In this document: positions 45,720-54,510 of the stretch, piece after piece
Numbering within the stretch: position 1 is the first letter of the stretch
Layout: each line of letters starts with the position of its first letter
Assembly (NCBI GenBank): GCA_017441825.1
Contig: JAFRVD010000029.1
Span: 20,738-84,737 of the forward strand
From: Lachnospiraceae bacterium
Lineage (GTDB): Bacteria; Bacillota; Clostridia; Lachnospirales; Lachnospiraceae
Length of the DNA stretch: 64,000 nt
Direction of reading: 5' to 3'
Program-made: the position numbers and the translations under genes
Notes under the pieces: generated by a model
The model's input: the letters and a program-made list of their open reading frames with translations, nothing else
The model's database searches: none
Told to the model about the DNA's origin: nothing

Positions 45720-47176
45720 TGGAAAGTGTCCTCCTCATTATAAGCCTTGCTTCGGCGGTACGTGATGAGCGTAATGGTGGCGGTGATCAGGAAGGTGAAG
45801 ATACCGATCACGGCGCCGGTGTTGTAGGAGCCCTGGTCGATGGTCACCTTATAAAGCCACGTCACTAAGAGGTCCGTGCCGCCGGCCTGATAGCCGGTAT
45901 AGGTCGGACCGCCGCCGGTCAGAAGGAAGATCGTATTGAACGAGTTGATGTTGCCTACAAAGCTCGAGATCAGGTACGGGGTCGTAATGAAGATGACGTA
46001 GGGCAGCGTGATCTTGAAAAACATCTTCATCGTGGACGAGCCGTCCACCCGGGCCGCCTCGTAGAGGTCCGTCGGAATGTTCATGAGAATACCGGACGTC
46101 ATCAGCATCGTATACGGGATGCCGACCCACATGTTGATCAGGATGACCATGAATTTCGCGAGCGATTCACTGTCGCTCGGATGGAGTCCCAGGAACCCGA
46201 TGGGTTCCTTCGTGATCCCCCAGTCCTGAAGGAGCGAGTTGACCGGGCCGTACTCACCTAAGAGGTTACGGACCGCCAGCAGTGAAATAAACTGCGGGAC
46301 AGCGATCGTGAAGATGAAGATGGTCCGGAAGACCTTCTTGCCCTTCAGGCCCTTCTTGTTGATAAGGAGCGCCAGGATGATGCCGCCGAAGTAGCAGGTG
46401 AGCGTCGCGAAAATAGCCCACAGGAAGGTCCAGCCGAGGACCGGCATGAACCGGTTCTTGATCTCGACACCCAAAGAACCTTCGCCGGTAAAGACCGCCC
46501 GGAAGTTCTGAAGGCCGTTCCAGTGGAACAGGTTCGTGCCGAGGTCGTTCATGTCCTGAGAGTTATAGGTCGTGAACGCAAGTGCGATCATGAAGATTGT
46601 GGGCAGGATCGTGAAAACGGCCGCCGCAATGCAGGTGGGCGTCAGCATCAGCACATGGAACTTGCCGTCCAGAAGCGACCGCATGTCTTCCCTGAAGGTA
46701 TTCGGCTTTTTGCCGATCTTCAGGTCCATGTCCGTCTGGTAGGACGACTGGATGTTCATGTTCCAGACCATGAAATAGATGATGATGAGCGCAATGGTCA
46801 CAAAACCGAACAGGACCATCAGCTTGCAGTCCGAGCCCACGGTGAACTGGCCGGTCAGGGGATCGAAATCGCCGCCCTCAGTGACGTTATTGAGGGGCAG
46901 GTTCCGAAGCGCCTTCCAGCCGTACGGCGTGCCGTTGATGGACGGACAGAAGATCATTACCGCGAGTATCCCCAACTGGATCAGGAGAAAGAGCGCGCCT
47001 TTCACGTACTGTCCGTGATAAAAACTGCCTGCGCCGAAGATAAAGTGGGAGAGCTTGGTCCCGAGAGAGCCGTCGGCAAAGCGCTTTCCGAAGTTTTCGC
47101 ACTTTTTCCGAAGGCCCTCAAAGAGACCCGTCTTCTCCTGATTCTTTTTCGGAGCGTGATTTTTATTGGAAGCCAT
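45716..47176 (-). CDS. Maltose/maltodextrin-type ABC transporter permease (MalF-like, extended N-terminus)
   Basis: 486 aa, 8 predicted TM. EAA loop EAARVDGSSTMKMFFKITLP. Confidence 0.85.
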   Translation of the reverse strand: MASNKNHAPKKNQEKTGLFEGLRKKCENFGKRFADGSLGTKLSHFIFGAGSFYHGQYVKGALFLLIQLGILAVMIFCPSINGTPYGWKALRNLPLNNVTEGGDFDPLTGQFTVGSDCKLMVLFGFVTIALIIIYFMVWNMNIQSSYQTDMDLKIGKKPNTFREDMRSLLDGKFHVLMLTPTCIAAAVFTILPTIFMIALAFTTYNSQDMNDLGTNLFHWNGLQNFRAVFTGEGSLGVEIKNRFMPVLGWTFLWAIFATLTCYFGGIILALLINKKGLKGKKVFRTIFIFTIAVPQFISLLAVRNLLGEYGPVNSLLQDWGITKEPIGFLGLHPSDSESLAKFMVILINMWVGIPYTMLMTSGILMNIPTDLYEAARVDGSSTMKMFFKITLPYVIFITTPYLISSFVGNINSFNTIFLLTGGGPTYTGYQAGGTDLLVTWLYKVTIDQGSYNTGAVIGIFTFLITATITLITYRRSKAYNEEDTFQ

Positions 47177-47218
47177 CGTATTCCCTCCAGAAAATGTTCA
47201 GGAATCAATACTGTTTCG

Positions 47219-48646
47219 TCATGCCTTCTCCGGCAGAGCCGCCGGGAATTCCTTGGGAGTCACACCGTGCATCCACAGATACTCGATGAGGTAAAGGGCC
47301 TTTCTGACACCGTCTAAAGAGGTCGTCTCCTGTAAGATCACGTCGCCCGTTGTCGGGTATGCGGTCTGGTCGATCACCGCGCGGAAGACCGCCGGTGCGT
47401 TCTTGGAGTAGTAATAAGTGTTCAGCGTGCCGGTGATGAACGGCTGCGGGATGCCCCACTCCGCCATGCTGACCTGCGCCGCCGCCAGGTTGTACTGGCT
47501 CTCCGTGACCTTGCCTTCCTCAAAGCACTGCTTGATATAGTCCGCGGCTCCTACGTATGCCGGGACGTTCAGGCACTCGAGGTAGGATGCGTCCTGCACT
47601 TCCTTGCTCGAAAGGTACAGGATGAGCTCCTGCTCTTTCGCGTACTTCGTGGTTGCGGAGTTCGCGTTGATCATAAAGCACTTGCAGTCTGCAAAGGTGC
47701 CGCCGCGGTAGACGTCGCCGGCCTTGACGCCGGAGAGGCCTTCTACGGACGCGTCCGTCAGGGTAAAGGTCGGGATCAGGGTGATGCCGAGATTCGTCTC
47801 GCCCAAAGCCGCCTTCGCGGTATTGTAGTGCCATGCGCCGCCGATGACCGCGAGAACGCCCTTGTTGTCCTTGTCAAGGTCCGCGTCCCAGCCGTCCGGC
47901 GATGCCCACTTGAAGCCGTTCGGGTCTTCCGCGAACGCCTGCAGCCACCGGAAGATCGCGACGGTATCGTCGCCCTGGCAGTTGCTTTCGCCCTTTGCGC
48001 CGCCGGAAACGGATTCCGCGCCTTCAAATATCTTTACCGTGGTGCTGTGGTCGTTCGCGTTGGTCGCGAGCAGTGCGAAGGACATGTTGTAGCCGTCGTC
48101 GCCGGTGACCGTGATGGCCTTCGTGCCGGCAGCCTTCGCGGCTTCCTGAAGCCCTTCAAAGGTCTTGGCCTGCTCTTCCGTGACCAGCTCCTTATTGTAG
48201 TACATGAACAGCGCCTGAGAAATGTACGGAACGCCGTACAGATAGCTCTTGTCGTTCAGCGTGGAATAGATGACCTTCTGGAACGAAGCCGGGTTGTCCG
48301 CCTTGACCTGTGCGATCAGGGTCTCGTCCATGATGGGCTTCGCGCACTGAGTGGACGCAAGCTTGCCGATGTTGTCGTGCGCCACCGTATAGATATCCGC
48401 TGCTGCCGTCGGGTCGTTCGTGATGGTGCCGGCGATCGAGCCGGTGTCCATGCCCTTGACCTCGATCTTGTAGCCGAAGTCGCTGTGGGCGGCCACATAC
48501 TCGTCGCCGATCTTCTGGTAGAATTCCGCGGATTCTTCACCTACCCATACGCGGATGACGCCGTCGTCCGACTCTTTCTTGCCGCAGCCTGCAAGAAGTG
48601 ATACCGCCATGGCAAGTACAAGCATAATAGCTGTGATGCGTTTCAT
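47219..48646 (-). CDS. Maltodextrin-binding lipoprotein (MalE/MdxE-like family-1 SBP)
   Basis: Lipobox LLAGCGKK. 475 aa, family-1 solute-binding pattern. GGGAGGGAAA RBS. Sits within a starch-degradation locus. Confidence 0.8.
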   Translation of the reverse strand: MKRITAIMLVLAMAVSLLAGCGKKESDDGVIRVWVGEESAEFYQKIGDEYVAAHSDFGYKIEVKGMDTGSIAGTITNDPTAAADIYTVAHDNIGKLASTQCAKPIMDETLIAQVKADNPASFQKVIYSTLNDKSYLYGVPYISQALFMYYNKELVTEEQAKTFEGLQEAAKAAGTKAITVTGDDGYNMSFALLATNANDHSTTVKIFEGAESVSGGAKGESNCQGDDTVAIFRWLQAFAEDPNGFKWASPDGWDADLDKDNKGVLAVIGGAWHYNTAKAALGETNLGITLIPTFTLTDASVEGLSGVKAGDVYRGGTFADCKCFMINANSATTKYAKEQELILYLSSKEVQDASYLECLNVPAYVGAADYIKQCFEEGKVTESQYNLAAAQVSMAEWGIPQPFITGTLNTYYYSKNAPAVFRAVIDQTAYPTTGDVILQETTSLDGVRKALYLIEYLWMHGVTPKEFPAALPEKA

Positions 48647-48680
48647 TGTTTTTCCCTCCCTTTAATACAATTCCTGTATG

Positions 48681-49328
48681 TCAGCCGATCCCGTCGTAGG
48701 ATCGTTTTTCGATGATGAACACAAAGGTCACAAAGTCGCAGACCGTTTTGTTCTTTTTATTTAAGAGCATTTCGATGAGCCGGAGGACCGGTACCAGCAG
48801 AAACGTCAGGATCCCTGTCACGAGGTACAGCCCGCAGCTGTCCAGGAAAAAGATGAACAGGAATCGTGCTGTCACCTGGTACCACTTTATGCGGCTTTGT
48901 CTCTTCTCACTGAACGGCATGACCTCTGTGAGAAGCTTCCCGAGGGTCTGCCTGTCCTTCGAAAGAAGAGGCACGAGAAGAAACACGAGCGCTTCCGCGA
49001 GGAACGCAACAAGCATCTTTAAAAGATACCCGTGAAGATTTGCCGCAAAAAGCGCGTTCCGGTATTCATAGTTGTTCCTGAGTTCTTCACTGATCGCCGC
49101 TGCGTCGTTCTGAAGGCGCTCCCGGGTCTCTTCAAGGATCGCCGCCGCGCTTTCGTAATGCGCGTGATACGTGCCGGCAAGCGGCAGCTTCATGATAAGC
49201 GACGTAAAGAGCATAAAGAGCCCGAAGAGGAGCACGGTGTCAAACCCGTCCGAAAGGAGTCTCTTTATAAGGAACGGCCTGGAATTCGGCGTAAGCTCGA
49301 CTGAAGTCCCTGTGGATCCCGCCTTCAT
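48681..49328 (-). CDS. Integral membrane protein of unknown function (possibly RDD-family)
   Basis: 215 aa with about 4 hydrophobic segments. The N-terminal KRLLSDGFDTVLLFGL resembles RDD-family openings. The ATG lies 1 nt after the ATPase stop (TGATATG). Confidence 0.45.
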   Translation of the reverse strand: MKAGSTGTSVELTPNSRPFLIKRLLSDGFDTVLLFGLFMLFTSLIMKLPLAGTYHAHYESAAAILEETRERLQNDAAAISEELRNNYEYRNALFAANLHGYLLKMLVAFLAEALVFLLVPLLSKDRQTLGKLLTEVMPFSEKRQSRIKWYQVTARFLFIFFLDSCGLYLVTGILTFLLVPVLRLIEMLLNKKNKTVCDFVTFVFIIEKRSYDGIG

Positions 49329-49329
49329 A

Positions 49330-51219
49330 TCAGCAGAGCATCATGTCGATCAGCGTTGAGTACACGGATACGTCTCCGCTGTCAAAGCTCACCTTGACCG
49401 AATCCGCCTTGAACTGCGGCTCGACCTTGATCAGGAACTCCTGTCCGTCGGCCTCGACCTTCGCGAAGCGGACGTTGCCGTAGTTCAGATACTCCTTCAC
49501 CTTCGCGTGAAGACCCGGCTCCGATTCGCTTACCAGGCGGATGCGGTCCCGGTTCACCGTGTACCGGTAGGTGTTCTTATAGCAGCTGTCGCCGTCGATC
49601 GAGTTGATCTTATAGCCATGCTCCGGCGCGGTCTCCAGCGTGTAGTCGCCGATGTTGTAGAAGAAGTGGAGCACACGCTCGCCGTTCTCCTTGACCTCGG
49701 TTTTACTGAAGCGTCCGGTAAGCGCCACGTCGTCCGGTACCGCCGTAAGGACTTCCTTGTCCTTTACGGAAACGTTGAGCTTTTCATTGAGAAGCGAGAA
49801 GCTGTAAAGATCTCCCTCCTTCACCGTATCGTCCACCAGCGCGAACAGGTAGCTGTCTCCGTACTCGAGATAGGCAAGACGCTTGTCGTCCGCCTTTTCG
49901 ATCCGGGCCACTTTCAGGCTGAAATCCTTTCCGGGAACGATGGCTTCAGGCGGGATGCTGAGAGAGATGCTCTCTGCGTTTCCGACCGCCTTCTTAAAGA
50001 CCGCGGGAAGCGCTGCCTTTCCGCCAAGGAGCGTCATTTCACCGCCCGAGATCTGCGTTTCCACAGTGTTGTACGGCGGGATCTTGTTCATCAGAGTGAC
50101 TTCGGTCTCCGCGTCAAAGAAGTGGACCTTGTTCGGGTTCGGGCTCGCGTACACGATGTCGCCAACCTCGATGTCGTCCCTGTCGATGACCTTCACTATG
50201 ATGTTGTTGCCTTCGTCCTTCATCGTGAACTCGCCCAGATGGTCTCCGAGCTTCCCGTGCACGTTCGTCTCATTGCCGAGCCGCTCCACGTTGGTCACGA
50301 TGATCTTGAGGCCGCCGTCGTCCTCCTTGCTTAAGGAGATGTGCTCCGGACGGATGCCGAAGGTCACGGCGGTATCTCCGTTCAGATAGCGGCTGTGGAT
50401 CTTTGAGACCCGCTCGTACGGGATGGCCACTTCATCGTTGTTCGAGAACTTCACGAAGACCCGGTCCCCTTCCCGTTTCAGCTTTACGTCAAAGAAGTTC
50501 ATCTGCGGCGTGCCGATGAAGCCTGCCACGAACTTGTTGTACGGCTCGTTGTACAGGTTCATGGGCGTGTCGATCTGCTGGACGTACCCGAGCTTCATGA
50601 CCACGATCCGCGTGCCCATCGTCATCGCCTCCACCTGGTCGTGCGTGACGTAGATGAAGGTCGTGTTCAGGCTCTTGTGGAGCGCCGTGATCTCAGTACG
50701 CATGGTCGCGCGGAGCTTCGCGTCCAGGTTCGAAAGCGGTTCGTCCAGGAGGAAGACCTTCGGATCCCGGACGAGGGCGCGTCCCAAAGCGACACGCTGC
50801 CGCTGGCCGCCGCTCATCTCCTTGGGCTTCTTGTCAAGATACTCCTCAATGTCCAGCATCTTGGCCGCCTTCAGCACGCGGTCCTTGATCTCCGCTTCCG
50901 GCATCTTCCTGTTGCGGAGGCCGAACGCCATGTTCTCGTACACGGACATATGCGGGTACAGGGCGTAGCTCTGGAACACCATCGCGATATCGCGGTCCTT
51001 CGGCTCCATGTCGTTCACCAGCGTGTCGCCTATAAACAGGTCGCCCGCGGTGATGGTCTCGAGACCTGCGATCATCCGGAGCGTGGTGGACTTGCCGCAG
51101 CCCGAAGGACCGACAAAGACGATGAACTCCCTGTCGGCGATGTCAATGGAAAAATCATTTACCGCTTTTTTCCCGTTATCATAGACCTTGTAGATGTGGG
51201 AGAGCTTTAGATTTGCCAT
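49330..51219 (-). CDS. Sugar ABC transporter ATP-binding protein (MsmK/MalK-like) with a 253-aa C-terminal extension
   Basis: Walker A GPSGCGKST, signature SGGQRQR, Walker B LLDEPLS, and a MalK-type regulatory domain up to about residue 380. About 250 further residues of repeated TOBE-like beta segments follow. Start at MANLKL, 5 nt after GGAGGAAAA. Confidence 0.9.
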   Translation of the reverse strand: MANLKLSHIYKVYDNGKKAVNDFSIDIADREFIVFVGPSGCGKSTTLRMIAGLETITAGDLFIGDTLVNDMEPKDRDIAMVFQSYALYPHMSVYENMAFGLRNRKMPEAEIKDRVLKAAKMLDIEEYLDKKPKEMSGGQRQRVALGRALVRDPKVFLLDEPLSNLDAKLRATMRTEITALHKSLNTTFIYVTHDQVEAMTMGTRIVVMKLGYVQQIDTPMNLYNEPYNKFVAGFIGTPQMNFFDVKLKREGDRVFVKFSNNDEVAIPYERVSKIHSRYLNGDTAVTFGIRPEHISLSKEDDGGLKIIVTNVERLGNETNVHGKLGDHLGEFTMKDEGNNIIVKVIDRDDIEVGDIVYASPNPNKVHFFDAETEVTLMNKIPPYNTVETQISGGEMTLLGGKAALPAVFKKAVGNAESISLSIPPEAIVPGKDFSLKVARIEKADDKRLAYLEYGDSYLFALVDDTVKEGDLYSFSLLNEKLNVSVKDKEVLTAVPDDVALTGRFSKTEVKENGERVLHFFYNIGDYTLETAPEHGYKINSIDGDSCYKNTYRYTVNRDRIRLVSESEPGLHAKVKEYLNYGNVRFAKVEADGQEFLIKVEPQFKADSVKVSFDSGDVSVYSTLIDMMLC

Positions 51220-51258
51220 ATTTTCCTCCATGAATGATAATGTATACTTACCCGTCTG

Positions 51259-51672
51259 TTACACAAACGGAACTTTCCTCTTGTCAAGCGCAAACAGGAC
51301 CCGGTCGATCCCGGTGAGCCTTCCGTTGATGGACCCTAATACCTTGCCGCTTTTATCCAGGACGTAGTAGACGTCGTCCTTATAGGTCACGCTGCCGATA
51401 CTTTCGACCGGCACCGCCGCTTTCCTGAACATGTAGCTGATATAAAGGGTATCGTCCTCTATGTATGCCCTGTCCGTCAGCATCGCGAAGAGGACTACCG
51501 CTGCCGCCGCCGCGACGATCAGAAGAAGCACTCCCGCGAAGATCCCGAGCGGATCCTTCTTCCCGAGCACAAGGATCAGGACCGCAGCAATAAGGCACCC
51601 GGAAAGCGCCGTCACTGTAAAGATAAACGGCTTCCTGTCCATTTCCGTGCTGATCTCCCCGTGTCTCAGCAT
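51259..51672 (-). CDS. Small membrane protein of unknown function (2 TM plus a beta-rich cytoplasmic tail)
   Basis: 137 aa (127 aa if it starts at 51642). Hydrophobic segments FIFTVTALSGCLIAAVLILVLG and IFAGVLLLIVAAAAAVVLFAML. Lies 2 nt after the pullulanase stop. Confidence 0.5.
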   Translation of the reverse strand: MLRHGEISTEMDRKPFIFTVTALSGCLIAAVLILVLGKKDPLGIFAGVLLLIVAAAAAVVLFAMLTDRAYIEDDTLYISYMFRKAAVPVESIGSVTYKDDVYYVLDKSGKVLGSINGRLTGIDRVLFALDKRKVPFV

Positions 51673-51674
51673 CG

Positions 51675-54437
51675 TCAGTCCGCCTTTCTTAAGACGACCG
51701 ACTCGTTCGTCTTCACGCTGATGCTTCCGGAAACGGTTTCTCCGGAATCACGCAGATTCGAGTAGACGATTTCGTAGGTACCGTCGAGCGTGACGGTCGT
51801 CCCGGAAACGGAGTGGATGACAGTAAATTCATCCGCCGTGTAAATGATGTTTCCTTTTTCAGCGGAGACGTTCGTGACACGCTTTCCGATCTCCCCGCGG
51901 TCCGCGATCCGGAACGCGTCCGTACCGCGCCGGAACGCGACGAGTTCCCGGATCTTCTCATAAATATCCGCGTGTTCAATTTTCAGCGAATAATCCATCA
52001 CGTTGATGAAGTCGCCCACGTTGTAGGAATTCCCTTCGTACTTGCCCGTATCAGGATCGAGCTTGCTCCGCATGAATTCCTCGCCTTCCTGGATAAAGGG
52101 CACGCCTTCCGCGAGGAAGATAATGGAATCCGCCTGCGTGTAGGCTGCCGGCAGCCGGTCCTCGTTCATGGTTTGGACCAGCTGGTCGTAAAGGGTGTAG
52201 TTGTCGTGGCAGGATACGTAGTTCAGCACCTGGTTCGGGTCGATATTCTGCGTCTTTACGGTCTCCTTCGAGAACAGGCCCGAAACGCACATCGCGATCT
52301 GGGACGCGTCCCCGGAGCTGCCCTGGACGTAGCCCTTCCCGGGATTGTTTCCGCCGCGGACGGCGTTACGGATAACGTCGTTGAATGCGCCAACCAGAAC
52401 TCCGCTGCCCGCAAAGAAGTCCTGCGCGAGGGACTCCTGGACGGTGGTCTGCTCCGTGAGCTTTGAATCGCTCACGCCCGCCTTCAGCTTGGAGGCGCCG
52501 CCGGTCCACGGCTCGCCGTAGATCATGATATCGGAATACAGGGTCTTGCAGTCGTTGTAGATATCGATCATTGTCTGGTTGTCTATGAGGCCCATGAGGT
52601 CGAACCGGAAGCCGGACAGATGGTACTCGTCGATCCAGAATGCACAGGATTCCCGGAAAAACTTGTTCACCATGTACCGTTCCGAAGCGAGCTCGTTGCC
52701 GCAGCCGGAGCCGTTGTAGAAGGCGCCGTTCGCCTTCGTGCGGTAGTAGTAATACGGCACGAGGAGGTTCAGGTTCGAGTTCTCCGAGCTCGCGGTGTGG
52801 TTGTACACCACGTCCATGTAGATGGAAAGACCCGCACCGTGCATGGCCATGACCATCGTCTTGAATTCGCGGATCCGCGCGTACCCGTCGTACGGGTCGG
52901 TGGAATAGCTTCCTTCCAGGACGGTGTAGTTCTGGGGATCGTAGCCACAGTTGTAATTCTCTTGAGACAGCACCGTTTGCGACGTACGCTCGTCCACCGA
53001 GGAGTAGTCATAGAACGGCTGGAGCTGGACGTGCGTCACGCCGAGCTCCTTTAAGTGGTCGAGGCCTGTCGTGACAGTGACCCCGTCCTTTGTATAGGTG
53101 GTCCCGGTCTCGGAAAGGCCCAGGAACCGACCACGGTATTCCGGCGTCACGCCGCTGGTCTCGCTGATGGTCATATCCCGGACGTGCGCTTCATAGATCA
53201 CGGCGTCCACTGCGTTCCCGGAGAACGGCCGGACGTCTTCGTTCCACCCCGGAACAGAGGCGTCGAGCTTCGTGAAGTTCACCACCATGCCGCGCTTTCC
53301 ATTGACGCCCGCGCTTTTCGCGTACGGGTCCGTGACCTCGTTCGTGCCTTTGGAATTCGTAACTGTATAGGTATAATATTTACCGTCCAGATCCTCCGGG
53401 ACCGTGTACGAGAACACGCCTTTTTCGCCCTTTTCCATCTCGTAGACGGCCGAGGGCTCCTTTTCCTTCTCCGGATCCCCGTCGTTATAGATATTCAGCA
53501 GCAGCTTCGTGCTGGTGGGCGCCCAGACCTTGAAGGTCGTGGCGGTCACATGGGCTTCATCGTCGAAAGTGACGCCAAGGTCGTTTCCGTCATAGGCGTA
53601 CCGTTCGTTGAACTCTGCTGTATCAAAATAGTTGGTCATCATGAGCTCCGTCTGCTGGATCCAGGAGTCGTCAAAACGGTAACTGACCGTTACGGTATCG
53701 GAGATGCCGATATCATCCTCCAGGGTGAGGTCCGCGCGCATAAGCGTCGGGTCGTATTCGCCCATGGAAAAATCTTTATAAGGCTCGCCGTTCAGGGTCA
53801 TGGAAAACCTTGGTGCGTAGGACTTGAATTCCGCGTGGAGCGGCTTGAAGTAGACGCTCACCGTCCGCGCATCCCGGAGCATCGCGTAGCTCACGATGGA
53901 CTTGCAGGCGTTCTCCTCCGTGTCGAATACGGTGGATTCCGTGGTCCGTACGTATGCGTTCTGGACACCGCCGGGGGTCTCCGGCAGGATCTCTATGGAG
54001 CGGTCCCCGTCCGGGTCCTTGGACCAGTTGTCCGTCCGGACGATGAATCCTAACAGGTTGATCTCCTTTCCTTCGGAGATCACGGAAAGATCGAGGTCCG
54101 CATAGACGCCGTAGTCGTCGTAGCCCGTGAACTCATACGCCGCGCCGTTTCCGCCGTTCGTCATGTCCCACGCCCAGACGTTCCAGGGCTCGTAGCAGCT
54201 CCGGTCGTTCGTGGAATCATCGTTCCTGCGGTAATGGAGCCTTACGATCTTTGTGGCCTCGGGAGACATGGACGCGTAATCCGTGCCGTCCTTCGTATAT
54301 TTCGAAATGACGTCTCCTGCGGGCGTGAGCGCGATGGGCTCATCGTCCGGGCCTTCCTTCCGCTTCTTGCAGCCCGTAACGGGCACGAAGAGAAGGATGA
54401 GGCACAGGAACAGGAGAAGAAGTCTGAGCTTTTTCAT
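51675..54437 (-). CDS. pulA: Type I pullulanase lipoprotein (GH13 with N-terminal CBM41/CBM48-like modules)
   Basis: Lipobox VPVTGCKK. The pullulanase signature YN(C)GYDPQNY, GH13 regions DVVYNH, GFRFDLMG, YGEPW and YVSCHDN. Confidence 0.9.
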   Translation of the reverse strand: MKKLRLLLLFLCLILLFVPVTGCKKRKEGPDDEPIALTPAGDVISKYTKDGTDYASMSPEATKIVRLHYRRNDDSTNDRSCYEPWNVWAWDMTNGGNGAAYEFTGYDDYGVYADLDLSVISEGKEINLLGFIVRTDNWSKDPDGDRSIEILPETPGGVQNAYVRTTESTVFDTEENACKSIVSYAMLRDARTVSVYFKPLHAEFKSYAPRFSMTLNGEPYKDFSMGEYDPTLMRADLTLEDDIGISDTVTVSYRFDDSWIQQTELMMTNYFDTAEFNERYAYDGNDLGVTFDDEAHVTATTFKVWAPTSTKLLLNIYNDGDPEKEKEPSAVYEMEKGEKGVFSYTVPEDLDGKYYTYTVTNSKGTNEVTDPYAKSAGVNGKRGMVVNFTKLDASVPGWNEDVRPFSGNAVDAVIYEAHVRDMTISETSGVTPEYRGRFLGLSETGTTYTKDGVTVTTGLDHLKELGVTHVQLQPFYDYSSVDERTSQTVLSQENYNCGYDPQNYTVLEGSYSTDPYDGYARIREFKTMVMAMHGAGLSIYMDVVYNHTASSENSNLNLLVPYYYYRTKANGAFYNGSGCGNELASERYMVNKFFRESCAFWIDEYHLSGFRFDLMGLIDNQTMIDIYNDCKTLYSDIMIYGEPWTGGASKLKAGVSDSKLTEQTTVQESLAQDFFAGSGVLVGAFNDVIRNAVRGGNNPGKGYVQGSSGDASQIAMCVSGLFSKETVKTQNIDPNQVLNYVSCHDNYTLYDQLVQTMNEDRLPAAYTQADSIIFLAEGVPFIQEGEEFMRSKLDPDTGKYEGNSYNVGDFINVMDYSLKIEHADIYEKIRELVAFRRGTDAFRIADRGEIGKRVTNVSAEKGNIIYTADEFTVIHSVSGTTVTLDGTYEIVYSNLRDSGETVSGSISVKTNESVVLRKAD

Positions 54438-54510
54438 TGGAACCTCCCTTTAAGGTCCTTGACAGGGTGTGTCCGGTCCTGTCTTTCAGTCTGTTTCACG
54501 TAATGCCCGC

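Noticed and set aside
51220-51231. Upstream ATG (MEENM..) as the start of the MsmK-type ATPase, and GTG starts at 41743 (vanX-like) and 32081 (pncC)
   Set aside because: In each case the Shine-Dalgarno sequence lies inside or abuts the upstream start codon, but sits 5-9 nt from the downstream ATG. The downstream ATG also gives the family-typical N-terminus.
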